A DNA stretch of 64,000 bases from the NCBI GenBank assembly GCA_025786725.1, contig JAHLTZ010000003.1, positions 248,001 through 312,000 of the forward strand, written 5' to 3'. Below, piece by piece: positions 29,951 to 44,270 of the stretch; positions within the stretch are counted from its first letter, which is position 1, and each line of letters opens with the position of its first letter. The translations under genes were made by a program, and so were the position numbers. Under the pieces are notes generated by a model. That model did no database searches, had not been told where the DNA came from, and saw only the letters and a list, made by a program, of their open reading frames with translations. Source of the DNA: Syncephalis fuscata S228. Its lineage: Eukaryota; Fungi; Zoopagomycota.

Positions 29951-32900
29951 TTACTGTGGTTGTTGTTGTTGCTGTTGAAGAACCGCGGCTAGAGCAGGAT
30001 TCTGCTGCAGTGTGTAGTCGGCATTGGCTTGCATTAGTTGGGGATTAAGACGAATCATGTTCAGAAGAGCCCGCTGTTGCTCAACAACGACCGCGCTATT
30101 ATTAACACCTGTATTATGTCCTCCAATATTAGCGGATATAGTCATAAACGTATTCGGTACTGACTGGGCAGTATTCGGATCAGATCCGGATACATCGGGT
30201 GTACTTGTCTCGGCATCGGCAGCATTGGCATCAGTAGCAGCATCGGCAGCATCATTTTCTTCGCTAGCACCAGCTGGCTGACCTAGTAGTGCAGTAATAT
30301 CATCAGCTAAACGACGATGAACCGATGATACGTGCACAGTTAGTCGACCAAGTGCCACACGAATACGTGCACCAATATGCTTTTTGGTAGCATCGTCAAT
30401 AAATGTGCTGGTAAAGATCTTGTGTACAAAATTAACGCCATGAGCCTGGTCCTCCAAAATGGTCTCAAGTGTACGTGGTCCTTCGGCGGCAACATCACTG
30501 CCATTCTCACCAAAGACTGAATGTACAATGGCATCACGTGCGTCTGGCTCTGATTGCTGATTGACCAGTTTAAGAATAGTAACACTGGCCAGCTTGTGAA
30601 CACCAAGCTGTGCTATTTGTGGAATGTAGCGTGGTGCTAGAATACGGAAACGGCCCGATAATTCGGACGACTCCAATAGCCAGTTAATGAGCAGAGCACC
30701 ATTGCACTCGTTGTCAACTGCACAGCATAGAAGGCAACTGATGTAGCAACATGTTTCTAATATATAAAGTTAGTTGTTTATTATTATATATATATATCGG
30801 TGTATTATTAGTATTGTATTTACCTTTTGTTCAGTGGTTGCATACTCATTTTCCAAACACGTACGCATTGAACGAGCACCGAATCTACCTTGAGCAATTT
30901 CCCAGCAGCGTACATGCATAGCATCAAAAATAAACTGATTCCATTTATCGCCAAAGCGTAGACAGCATTGAACGACGTAGTTACCAAATTGATCGAGTAA
31001 CAATGGTGGAGCATATGCTTTAATGCATCGGCATATTGCCTCCATTTGTTCAGGTGTGTTGGCTGTATCAATCATCTTTTGTACAGCCCATGTGCCATTC
31101 TTATGCACACCGATTGATGCAAAGTGTGGGGCGACCTTTTCTAGCAATTGGAGCTTTTGCGAATCGGTGCCATGTTCAGCTAGCTTTTGAACTACCGTAT
31201 TGCCGATATAGTCAAAGCTAAGCTCAACACATTCGGAGTACAAGTCGTTAAATGCCGATTCAATATCCTTGGCCGTTGGATGTGCATCGAGTCGTTTGCG
31301 GATGTCACGAAGGCGTGCAGCATCAACACGACGGTGTGGATTGATGGGTGGCAACGATGGTAGTGCTGGCGCATAGGTGTACGACATAAGATCGGCTTGT
31401 AGTACTAATGGCTTACCATCAAAACCTTCTGACGGTAAATCAATGGCCGATACATCTGACTTGCTGCCTGTAGCATTTGCGCCAGCAGTTACTGCCTTTT
31501 GCTTGGTGGGAATGAAAAGTTTGTATTGACAATATGCGTTTGTGAGCCATCTGTCTTGCCACGTGAAGTGGTAGCCGCTGCTGCAGGTGTGACAGCAGTA
31601 GCGGTGGCGGTACCGGACGTCAATTCAAGTGCAGGTACTTTAGCAAAACCAATACGAACAATAGCACCAGCAATCTCTTGGCCGTTCATTACACTCTTGG
31701 CACGCATAGAGTCTTCGGTACGTTCAAAGTTAACAAAGCCACAGTTCTTATGTGTCAATACACGGACTGATTCAATTGTGCCGAATGGTGTGAATACTTG
31801 CTGCAATATTTGCGACGTTGTATGCGGCGAAATATTGCCAATCCACAATGCACGTGTAGGCTGCATGCCCTGCATATCTGTGCCATACACATCGGCCTTG
31901 CCAAAGCCTACACGAATAAGACTACCGCCAAGTCGTGCACCGCGCATATCTTCGTGTGCACGGGCGGAGTCTTCAACTTGCTGGTAGTTGACAAAGGCAC
32001 AATCACGATCGGGTAGTACACGAAGTGATTCGATAGGACCGTAAGTACTGAATATTTGCATCAAATCGGTCGAAGTAACATGTGCAGGCAAGTTACCAAT
32101 CCACAACGAACGAGTAGGTGTTTGACGTTCGCCAGCAGTCGTCTAGACAGCGTTTAGAGCATATTTAATAACAATTAGTTAAATTGAAAGCGCATATATA
32201 GTTGTAACAAACTTACTTCGTCAAAATCGAATCCAAAAGTTGGATCAGTTGGTGAACCTTGCTGCGATGAACGATGGCTTTCAGCCAATAGATCAGCCTG
32301 CTCTTCGTAGTCGGCTGGATTAAGATAGTCAAGGCTGATGGCCCGTGGACGGCTGTGGGCCTTAAGGAAATGACTAACACCGGATGGACGATGAAGTGGT
32401 GCACCAGTAGATGGCGATACATCGCCTAGAACAGCAGCATTTGTAGCGGCCGATCCACCAAGTAATGAACGAGAGCGTGTACGATGCGACACTGGACGTG
32501 CACCAAGACCAAGCGAGTTAGAAGAGACCATGCCTGAAGTAGCAACACCTTCCTCTTTTAAACCAAGCGAATCAAGTGTGCGAACAACATTACCAAGCAT
32601 ATCATCACCAATATCACGTTCAACAAGTTCATCAACGTTACGAGCTGAAGTAACTGTTGTACCCATACTGGCCACTCGACTATGGCCAAAATGATGCGAC
32701 TGTGAATGATGATGGTGTGCATGCGTACCACCGGCTTCTTTGCCCCAGCTACTTGTAAGAATACTGGAGCCAAATGCATGTGATAGTGACGCAGAAGTAA
32801 AGTGGCCAGGCTGGAATCCAGTATTACCAGATGGATCGCGCTGGAACGTGCCAGATCGTGGCTTAGATAGGCCTGGCGCATGAATGCCACCGCCAGCAGC

Positions 32901-33487
32901 ACCGGGTCCCAATGGTTGACGAGTTAGTCCAGTTGGTATAATACCAGATAGACTACCTAGACCGGGTGCACCGGCACCTGGAAGCGACAACGACGTGCTT
33001 CGGCCATGAGCTGGCCGAAAGCGGGGACGAGCCGACGCCGATGGCATGGCGCCCAGACCTGGAGGTGGTCCGCTTGTCGACGAAAGCGATTCAGCACGAC
33101 GATGCGCTCCAAGACCAGGCCGGCTAGCAGCAGCTGCTGCTCGTTTGGCCAATAGCTGATCAAGTGGCGAAGAGACACGTTGAATATTGCTTAAATCAGC
33201 AATAGCTGTGGCAGAAGAACAGAGAGTGTAGTCGTAGTTGTGACGTCAGTTTCACTGATAGCGGCTAATTCGTCCTTGGAGGCCAGTGGCGATGAGCGAA
33301 TAGGTGCATGCGACGAGGGAGCAGCCGCTTGCTTACCAGGGAAGCTCCATCCACGGTTTAGACCGCCTTGATTAACGACAGATTCGCCGGCGGCTGGCTG
33401 TTCCGCATGACCATTGGCCACTGGAGCAGCACTGACGCCAATATCGCCATTAGCAACATTACCGGTAACTTCTGCTGTTGTAGTCAT
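29951..33487 (-). CDS. JSN1: JSN1/PUF1-PUF2-like RNA-binding protein (2 RRMs + Pumilio repeats)
   Basis: Low-complexity N-terminus; TRSLWIGNL and TRALWIGNI RRMs (CAFVNY, CGFVNF); Puf repeats DYIGNTVVQK, HKNGTWAVQK, DQFGNYVVQCCL, GRFGARSMRTCLE, HKLASVTILK, HGVNFVHK. Confidence 0.88.
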
Positions 33488-36172
33488 AGTTTAAAGGTGC
33501 GTTGTATATGTATATTGTGTTACAGTCAATAAAATGAAAACACAATGTTCAAATGCTTTCAATTGACAAATAATACGCCGCTAGTGTTGTTAATAAGCAA
33601 AGGAATTGAGAGAGAATAGAAAGAAGAATGAGAACGAAAGATAATATCACGCCGAAATTGCCTAAATATATAGAAAGATAGTAATTGGTTAGTGACGTTG
33701 GCTATCAATACTGCTATATATGTAAATCAGATTAGATCGCTATTCAATAATAGAGTTTAAATATACATATACATATATGCATATACGTATAAAGCAACAG
33801 TTTTTATACTTGTTACCACTCTACTATATTCATTTATCTTTTTAAATAGCAGAATAAATATAGTAGACCTGCTGCACAGTAGCGCCCCTTCCACGAATAT
33901 ACAATACGCACCAGCAATGTGCACAATAGACGGTAAAGCTAGATCGGTCAATACCAACTCAGAGACAATACAAACAGCAATAGGCGGAAGAAAACTATGA
34001 ATAAGGCGAGTAGGCGCGGTCGGCTTTATGGACGTCAGTGAAGAAGATGCAACAATAACTAAGCTGAAAAGGATGAGGTATGATGAACGAGCTGAGAACA
34101 GTAGGTAAAACTATAACCTTTAAAAAGGGACCGAGGCACACGAGTGACCGCAACGGTTACCAATAGGAACAAGGAACAAGATGACAGAAAGTGTAGAAGT
34201 ATAGCGTTGTGAAATGGAACACGAGTCCAAAGGGAAAGATATGCGAACATAGACACCGGGGATACAAAGCGGAGGGGTGGCGATGATGCTATCACGGAAG
34301 GGTAAAAAAAACGTCAGGAATGGCTATAATCCAATATGATCCAATGGCCATACGACATGGCAAACATTTCGATCTCAGGATTCACTTGCTATGCGTGGAA
34401 TGGAGTTACTTTCCCACTTTACTACAGTAGAAAGATATATATGAGGCAGAGTGAACACCAATGTGCCATCTTTTTGTTCAACGGAGTAGAAAGGGATAAT
34501 GTGCTAAATGTGACAAGTATCATATTATACAGATGATGGGTGGGTAGTACTAATAAATGTTATAGTGCAACTGATCTATCTAGTGCCATTTGCCAAAGTA
34601 CATAGCACCAATAAGAACAAATAAAATACAAAATACGCGTCGACAAGCTTGTTTTCTAGTATTCATCGGTCGCTTGCGCATATCGTATGTTCATGTAGAT
34701 GTATGTATCAAAAGGTGCGATTGCATATGTGATACACGTGCAAACATGTTCTACTTCGTCTTCGGATTATTTGCAATACAATGAAGGAAGCACACGAGTG
34801 GTTGATATGCAGAATTGTTCACTTACGTTAATCAATCTGATTAGTTTGGCCGATGGCTTGATAACAAACTAGTGCTAGTTTTGCTAGATCGATAAGGTAG
34901 CAAAAAAGGAGAGGATTAGCACGCGTCCTGCGAGTGTTGCCGTCTTTTTTAGCTTTAAGCTACTAAGAGATAGTGGTAAGAGAAAGAGAATAGAAGTTAA
35001 GCGTTTATGCTTGATAAGTGTTTACGAGAGGTGTACCGGCACGGTATATATATGTTTGTGTAAGTGGGTGAGTATGTGTATGTAACTGCAATCTTGTAAT
35101 AAACCAAATAGGTCCTTAGTATAAGATTGCCGAGGTAAGAAAAGAAGAAAAGAAGAAAAAAGAAAGAAAAAGCAAAGCTATTAGGTTCAACGAACAAAAG
35201 CAAATAGTGCTGTAGATGAAGATGAATAAAAGTAAGAGAATGAAGTAATAGGTGTATTTTTATTGTGTTCTCTACCAAGCTATTCTTATTAGCGTTGTTA
35301 CTATGAATATTGTCGCCGCTTAATGTTATAGCCCGATGAAATACACACACTGTCTCAAAAGTAAAGCCAAATGTTACTAATTTGGCAATACAATCTGATT
35401 TATTTGAAACGTTCAAGCATACTATTTTCATTGTTAGAAGTAGTTGATACATAGTTCCACTGTAAATAGCTTTACATTCTAGATTATACAGCCATAAATG
35501 TGTTTATGCAGTAATAATACCAAGTGATTAAATGTTACTTTTGAAATGAAAGTTTATAGTATAGGTAGATACACAATGTTGTATGACAGTCTTAATTATT
35601 GATTACTTGGGAAAATGGCCAAAATAATGCCAGACGGCGGTTGTCGATTGGCTAATTTGCCTTACTTTCGGGTATAAAACGGGCTTTGAAACAAATTAAT
35701 TATTGCCATATGTAGCGACAAGGACTTGACTCGATGATCAATAAACAGTTTATGGGTAAGTAAAATAGACACAATCTACAACGACTTGTAATCAAATTGT
35801 GTGGTCGATTAGATTTAAGTAAGAGTAGAGTAGTGTTGCTAATGGATTATGTCCGACGAAGCCTCATTACAATGGGTGCCAATGTAAGGTGGTTGGACTC
35901 CGTTTGAAAAATAAAAACAATAATAACATAGCCACTAATACAAATATTGTTTTACGTTCAAGATATACAATATCTATTATTATAGCCTAGGTTTCCCCTT
36001 AAAATGTTTTAATACTTGTTTTTTAAAACCAAAGGAAGAATAAATACCATAAGATATGAAACATCTAGCAATGTTACGAAATAGTTTGATTTATTACTAG
36101 TATGAAATAGAAGCATGTATAACCTATAATTGTGTGATAATCTGTATAATGTGTATATAGATCGGTTTACTA

Positions 36173-38567
36173 TTAACATGTGGCTTGACGAGCGTTAAAA
36201 ATAAATGGTTCTGGAGTTGGTAAGAAAGAAATACTGTCGCGAAGCGAGTTGGTTGGTCGAGTGCCAGATAATGTACTGAAATCGTACCGTCTCAATGCAT
36301 GGGCAGCAACCATTTTAATCGCCATAACAGCAAGGAATCGACCTGGACATGTGTGGCTAATAGCGATGATATTTAGTTAACTGATATGGCTTGTCCTATC
36401 ATATGTTATACTTACTGTCCCATGCCAAATACAATAAACGAATCATTGCCAGTCTAAATGATAGAAAAACCAAATGATTATATGTTAATATGTATATATG
36501 TACATTATAATAGTAACTAATAAGCTTACGGTTGGCTTTGTTGAAGTTGCAGCCACATCACCCGCCTTATAATGGTGATATGGATTAAAAGCAGTTGGAT
36601 CAGTTCCATAAAGATCTTTAGCCGCATGAACTTCTTGTCCATGGAAGAAACAAACACGACCTATAATTAAATAATTAGTATTAGTAATATTAATATCATT
36701 TCTATTTACCAATTGGAATATAATAATTATTTTTTAACTGCACATTGTCCATAGCCAAGCGGAAACTTGTAGCTATGAAATTGAATAGATAATAAAGTTA
36801 ATAATAGCATTAACAACAATATAATAGTAACATACTGGCACCTGAATTTAAACGGAGTGATTCACGAACACAAGCGTCAAGGAAAGGCATCTGTTTAAAG
36901 CATCCGGTGTAATGTTGTCGCCATATAAACGAATGATTTCATCTTGTTCCTCTTGAAGCTTTTTGCTGTTATTATTGTATAAAGTGTTACTATGACAATT
37001 TCTACTAATTACATTGCACCTCTTACCGGTATTCTGGATAGCCGGCAACATCGTTAAGGAAATGCAAAGTGAAAGTCGAAGTTGTTGTTACTGAAGCAAA
37101 GGCAATCTGCATCGAACGACGTGCCACAATTATTGGATCGTACATGTTGCCATTTGTATCTGTGGCTTCTACAATCCAACTAAGCATGTCATTCTAAACA
37201 TAAAAAACATAGTTTGTATAAGTATTAAATGAAAAACTGTAAAAATCACTTACTGGTGCTACATAGTCATCGCCCAATTTATCCATTTCTTGACGTCTTT
37301 TATAATCTCAGGTGCAATAATTTCATCGGCAACCTTAATATTCTTATCCATAGCAGTAATAAGACGTGTTAACAAGCTAAATACAGATATTATTAATGTA
37401 CTGAGTATTTCTATTAGACTATATGCTTATTACCGACTAATAGTTGTTGGAAATATACGCTTCATTAATGAAGTGCGGGCTGCATCGCGTGTAACAGTGG
37501 ACATCATGCGTAGCACTTCAGGATTTTCTTGTAATTCCTAATGTCATCAATATTGGTTAGTCATTTATAAATACCGTGTTTTTATTTGAACAGTAGCACT
37601 ATACAAGTCATGTATTACCTTATTTTCAATTAAACATGTAGCCACTAATAGTCAATATTGTAATAATAGTCATTATTATTATTATTGTTATATATCGGTT
37701 AATATATATGTGGTCTAGTTAATAGCTTAATAGCTTACTTGTTTTTGCAATTAAACCGTCTATAAACGCACTAACATCTTCCATGCGATAAGGTTTTACA
37801 GGATCTATGCAAGCATTCAAATAAATAATATTAAACATGAAATAAAAACACAAACGACTATACTACTTACCGCCAACAACCTCGTCAAAAGAAATGGCAA
37901 TTTTTTTGGACATGCGTGGGGCCAGTTGGTCAAGTTGCTTCGATAGTTGTCGACGTAGAATTGGAATATGGAAGCGATTCTTTGGAGCAATATTACCAAA
38001 CATATAGACGGTATCAATTAACTGGCAATAATTATTTAATTAAGTTAATAAGTGTTTGCAAACGACATAAATAACAATGATGTTTTATAATAATTTACCT
38101 CGTCAGCAGCATCGTTGAAGCTAAATTGCTCATCAGGCGCACGCATTACATTGCGTATTTCACTTCGTCCAACTACTGTAATCCAACGGCCAAACATTAA
38201 GAAACTAAACGTTTCGCCATACTAATAGTCAAATAATATTAGTCGATAGTATTGTTTTAATTAATAGTCTACTTACTGTATCTCGACATTTATATAAAAA
38301 CTCGCTGGTGTCCTTTGCAAAGTCAATGCCATTACCAACAAATGGAATTGATAACTTGCTCGTGGTGGTTCATTTGGGTGCTAAATCATAAATGCGATGA
38401 GTGATACATTTAATTGTATTCAATAGTATAACACTTACTGGACGTGTCATATAATAATGAAGTACCACAGCAAATAATACACCTAGTAAAACGGTCGGCA
38501 ATACGCCTAACTTGCCATCGTAGCCGATGCCCAATAGCTCAGCAAAGTCATTCAGTATTTTGCCCAT
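36173..38567 (-). CDS. Cytochrome P450, tandem copy A
   Basis: N-terminal anchor + PKEPP...SIPFVG; I-helix QIAFASVTTTS; ESLR; heme motif FGMGxHTCPGRFLA across exons; ends PEPFIFNARQATC*. Has a few indels. Confidence 0.9.
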
Positions 38568-39079
38568 ATTGATAATGATCAAACTGCAATGTGATTGAGA
38601 TATACTAAACTGGTGCTGTCAAATAGTCAACTACAATCAATTGAAAGAAATGCACGCGAAAATAAAATGAAGTAGTGGTACTTTAACAAAAGTTTGGTTC
38701 CATTAATTTATCTGTTTTATATATTAATGGACTCACTGTGCCACACGTAAGTAGATCCTCACCATATTTGTATTTATTCACTCATTCACATGCACCCATA
38801 GACACATGTACGTATCAACACGCACCATCATATGACTGTATTAATCAGAGGAATGTGTGGCCTAACAACAACCAATCACACACTTGAACGAATTTGCCGA
38901 AATATTTCCTCGTTTACTTGTTACACTTGACACGATGTAGTTTCTCGGCTTTTTACTGCATAACAAGTTATCTAATGGCAAAGGCATGAATATCAAATTA
39001 CATGTTTCACGGCCATTTTATCAAAAGCTCCCCTTTTCGGTCTTTTAATATAACCTCAAGCCAATTTTTTATTGAAATC

Positions 39080-40290
39080 AAGTTATGATGTTTGGTCATA
39101 ATAGTAGCAACGACTGCTGCTGGCGCAGCTGTCCAATTATGCCTCCTAAATGCTTCATACGCTCACCAACCTTGTATAAGGCTCGGTAATTGTTCTTGGA
39201 TTGTGTTTCAAATCAATGATGCTATTCTGTGTATTAGCCGTGTTTGCATATCCTTATACACTCGCATCGATACCATCATCGGTTATATTTTGGCTTGGCC
39301 GATAAAGTCGTGCTATCGTGGCATCATTCGGGCTAAAGCTAGTTTCGGCTAAAAATGTAAATTCACTCATAAACGTGCAAGTTGCTTGTTCTGAAAGATT
39401 TAGCTGAGCAGCTATTTCTGCCGCTTCTTTTTGTGCAGACTCTCTTGCTTGTGCCGACATCTAAGCATATTCGACAAGTCTAAGTTTTACTGTAATAAAA
39501 CTCAATATTCTACGTACCTCTGAGTCTAGACTGTTTAATGATCGATGTCCTACCATTGTCGCCCCATCTAAAATTAATTGGATTGAATGGTTAGTGGTAA
39601 ATGCATTTGAAATAAACAGGTGTTATCTCTTTAATGTCGTACCTGTGGCCGCATTAGTAGCCTGTGTGGTGTACTGGTCAGTGTGGGCCGCAGGGGCAAT
39701 AGCAACAGCAATAGATGTTAGTGCTGGGCAATGCTAACCAACGTATTTTAGTAAACTATAATTAAATAGTTGGTTTTATTCCATTTGTAATACGCACCAA
39801 TAATTAGTTCTAAATAAAATAGAAATACCGATTTTTCCTCCCATGCTTCCTCGCCCATGCGCATTTCAATGACATTGAGTGCGTAACGGCCTGTTACTGT
39901 TACAACAGTGCAAAGTAGAATTGTATACTGTTTTGTATCGGTGTTAATATTATACTTTACATGCTATATACCACTATTACTTACTTCAAAACCAAATAAA
40001 AGCCAGGTACCAACGCCATCACTTAAAGTAACACGCACAGCATATGCAATTAGTTCCATATCGATTGCCGATAGTAGTGCAAGTAGCGTAAGTGTCCGTG
40101 TATGGAACGAACTAGGTAGCTGTGCTGTCTGGTCCATAAACTCGACTCGGTCTTGAAGTAGCCAATGGAATATTTTTACAAATAGCAATGCAGCAAATGC
40201 AGCTAGAAACGGTACGTCGAAATCATCGCGAAATACTGTCATAGCAAGGCACGTTTCAGTGACCGCAAACCAAGATCGTTCATATAAATG
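39080..40290 (-). pseudogene. Truncated HRD1 duplicate lacking exon 1 and the RING region
   Basis: 39735-40290 is near-identical to 48495-49051; 39240-39693 matches 47330-47776; the RING-encoding segment between them is absent. Confidence 0.88.
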
Positions 40291-40766
40291 TCACATTACT
40301 GCTATTCAATGTATAACATGTGGCAGCAATCAATTAAATAATTTTATTTATGAATTATAATATAGTAGTTGACAAAACTCTATTAAACTTTTCTATAAAA
40401 ATGGAACTGCTTAAGTATGCCAAAAAATCAAGCTTTAACATTTTATAAATGGCTACGATCTTCATTAACAACCAATAATAAATTATATTTTTTTCTTTAT
40501 CATAAATAAATGATAATAGCATTCTAAAAAAATAAAAATATTATTTAAACTAAAATAAAAATAAAGACAGAGTATTATAGAAAGAAATATTGTGGCAAGC
40601 CATTATTGACGAGTTGATAACTATTAGCAAGTGGCTATTATCAACATAATTAAAACATCTAGCAGTGTTGCGGAGCAGTTTGATTTATTACTAGTATAAA
40701 ATAAAAGTATGTATAACCTATAATTGTGTGATAATCTGTATAATGTGTATATAGATCGGTTCACTA

Positions 40767-43162
40767 TTAACATGTGGCTTGACGAGCGTTAAATATAAAT
40801 GGTTCTGGAGTTGGTAGAGGAGAAAAGCCATCGTGGAAAAAGTTGGCCGGTCGGGTACCGGATAATGTACTGAAATTGTACCGCCTCAATGCATGGATAG
40901 CAATCATTTTAATCGCCATAACAGCAAGGAATCGACCTGGACATGTGTGGCTAATAGCAATGATATTTAATTAACTGATATGGTCAGTTCTATTACATGC
41001 TATACTTACTGTCCCACACCAAATACGACAAACGATTCATTGCTAGTCTAAATGACAGAAAAAACCAAATGATTATATGTTAATATATATATATGTACAT
41101 TATAATAGTAACTAATAAGCTTACGGTTGGCTTTGTTGAAGTTGCAGCCACATCACCCGCCTTATAATGGTGATATGGATTAAAAGCAGTTGGATCAGTT
41201 CCATAAAGATCTTTAGCCCAATGGATTTCGTATCCATGGAAAAAACAAATACGCCCTATAATTAATTAATGTTAATAGTATTAATGATATGTTTTGCTTT
41301 TACTTGCCATTTGGAATATAATAGCCATTCTTCAGCTGCACATTGTCCATGGCTAAACGGAAACTTACGGCTATAAATTGGGTGAATTAATAAATTTAAC
41401 GATAATAACGATAATAGCAATAATAACATACCAGCACCTGAATTCAAGCGAAGCGACTCACGAACACAAGCATCAAGGAAAGGCATCTGTTTCAAAGCAT
41501 CCGGTGTAATGTTGTCGCCATACAAACGAATGATTTCATCTTGTTCCTCTTGAAGCTTTTTGCTGTTATTATTGTATAAAGTGTTACTATGACAATTTCT
41601 ACTAATCACATTGCACCTCTTACCGGTATTCTGGATAGCCGGCAACATCGTTAAGAAAATGCAAAGCTGTGTTTGAGGTTGTTGTTACTGAAGCAAAGGC
41701 AATCTGCATCGAACGACGTGCCACAATTATTGGATCGTACATGTTGCCATTTGTATCTGTGGCTTCTGAAATCCAACTAAGCATGTCATCCTAAACATAA
41801 AAATACATAGTTTGTATAAGTATTAAATGAAAAACTGTAAAAATCACTTACTGGTGCTACATAGTCATCGCCCAATTTATCCATTTCTTGACGTCTTTTA
41901 TAATCTCAGGTGCAATAATTTCATCAGTAACTTTAATATTCTTATCCATAGCAGTAATACGGCGTATTAAAAAGCTAAACATAGATATTATTATGTACTG
42001 AGTATTCTATTAGACTAGATGATTATTACCGACTAATAATTGTTGGAAATATACGTTTCAATACTGAAGTGCGAACTGAGTCGTTTGTAAGTGTCGCCAT
42101 CATGCGCAGTAGTTCGGGTTTTCTTGAAGTTCCTAAATGTCATTAATATTGGTTAGTCATACATAAACATTAAATAACTATGCAAGTACGATGACACCGT
42201 GACAAATCGTGTATTTACCTTATTCTCAACTAAGCATGCAGCCACTAACGGTTATTATAATAATGGCAGCCATTACCATTATTATAGTATTATTATCATA
42301 ATATATAATTTTAGTTAATGATTAAATAGCTTACTTGTTTTTGCAAGTAAATTGTTTAAAAACGCATTAACATCTTTCATGCGATAAGATTTTACGGCAT
42401 CTATGTAAGCATCCAAATAAATTATTATTAAACATAAAAGGAAAACATACGCGGGTATACTACTTACTGCCAACAACTTCATTAAAAGAAATGGCAATTT
42501 TTTCGGCCATACGCGGGACTAATTGGTCAAGTTGCTTTGATAGTTGTCGGCGTAAAATTGGAACATGAAATTGGTTTTTCGGATCCATATCACCAGATAT
42601 ATATGATATATCAATTAACTTCCAATAGTAATTAGATCAAATTAATAAGTATTTCTAGATAGAATAAATAATAATCTATAAAGATTTACCTCCTCAATGG
42701 CATCGTTAAAGCTAAATTGCTCATCGGATGCACGCATTACGTTGCGCGTTTCACTTCGTCCAATTATTGTAACCCAGCGGCCAAACATTAAGAAACTAAA
42801 TGTTTCACCGCACTAATAATCAAGCAATCAAATAATATTAATTAAAATAGCACTGCTAATAGTTTACCTACTGATTGTCGGCATTTTAAGAAAAAATCTC
42901 CAGGTTCTTTTATAAACTCAATACTATTACCGACAAATGGAATTGAATAACTTGCTCGTGGTGGTTCATTTGGGTGCTAAATCATAAATGCGATGAGTGA
43001 TACATTTAATTGTATTCAATAGTACAACACTTACTGGACTGTCATATAATAATGAAGTACCACAGCAAATAATACACCTAGTAAAACGGTCGGCAATACG
43101 CCTAACTTGCCATCGTAGCCGATGCCCAATAGCTCGGTAAAGTCATTCAGTATTTTGCCCAT
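40767..43162 (-). CDS. Cytochrome P450, tandem copy B
   Basis: Same exon structure as copy A; ESLR and FGVGxHTCPGRFLA motifs. Confidence 0.9.
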
Positions 43163-43877
43163 ATTTGATAATTGATCAAACTGCAATGTGATTGAGATAT
43201 ACTAAACTGGTGCTGTAAATAGTCAACTACAATCAATTGAAAGAAATGCACGCGAAAATAAAATGAAGTAGTGGTACTTTCAATTCAAGTTTTATTCCTT
43301 CAATAGCATTGCTTTATATTATCGTGAATCCAGCTGAAATAGGCCTTAGTGACATACATTATTTCTATATTTGTAGCACGCAACTAGCATGCGTTCAATG
43401 TAAACATACACATGATTTTCGATTTCTTAATAAGGTTTGGTTTTCACACTAGTCTTATTTTATTATTATTAAATCTGGCCTTTACGACAATATATCAATT
43501 ATTCAGTTGTGCCATATGTAAATAAATATTACATGCGTTCATTTACTCACTTACACGCACGTTTATACAAGTGGACTTGTAGACGCGCATTATCATATGA
43601 CCACCTAAATCAAAAGGATATGCAGCCTACCGACAGCCAGTCACGCACTTAAACGAATACACCAAAATGCTTTCTCATTTCTTTGTTATATTTAACACAA
43701 TGTAATTTCTCGATATTTTGCTGAATAGCAAATCATTTAATGACAAAGACATAAACAGAAAATTACACGTTTCACTGCATCTTATTAAAACTTCTGATTT
43801 TCCAATTTTTTAATATCTCTAAATTAAATACTATTTTATTAAATTTAAGCTGTGATAATAATAGTAGTTCTGAAGAT

Positions 43878-43975
43878 AACGACGGCAACAATAAACGTTG
43901 TAATATTTGATTGGTTCATTTGTGAGCGCTATTTAGATAGTTTGATTGGATTCAAAAGAGATTCAATTAATATTC
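43878..43975 (+). repeat. Duplicated fragment of the SLY1/ENV7 intergenic (promoter) region
   Basis: gacggcaacaataaacgttgtaatatttgattggttcatttg...gattcaaaagagattcaattaatatt matches 52108-52205. Confidence 0.85.
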
Positions 43976-44270
43976 ACCGGTAATCAAAGTAGTTGATCTT
44001 TTACTATAAATGGATGATCAATATATCATGAAAACAGAACTGTAATATCACCAAATTAATGACAAAAAATAAAGACAGAGTATTGTAGAAAGAAATATGT
44101 GGCAAGCCATTATTGACGAGTTGATAACTATTAGCAAGTGGCTATTATCAACATAATTAAAACATCTAGCAGTGTTGCGAACAGTTTGATTTATTACTAG
44201 TATAAATAAAACATGTATAACCTATAATTGTGTGATAATCTGTATAATGTGTATATAGATCGGTTCACTA

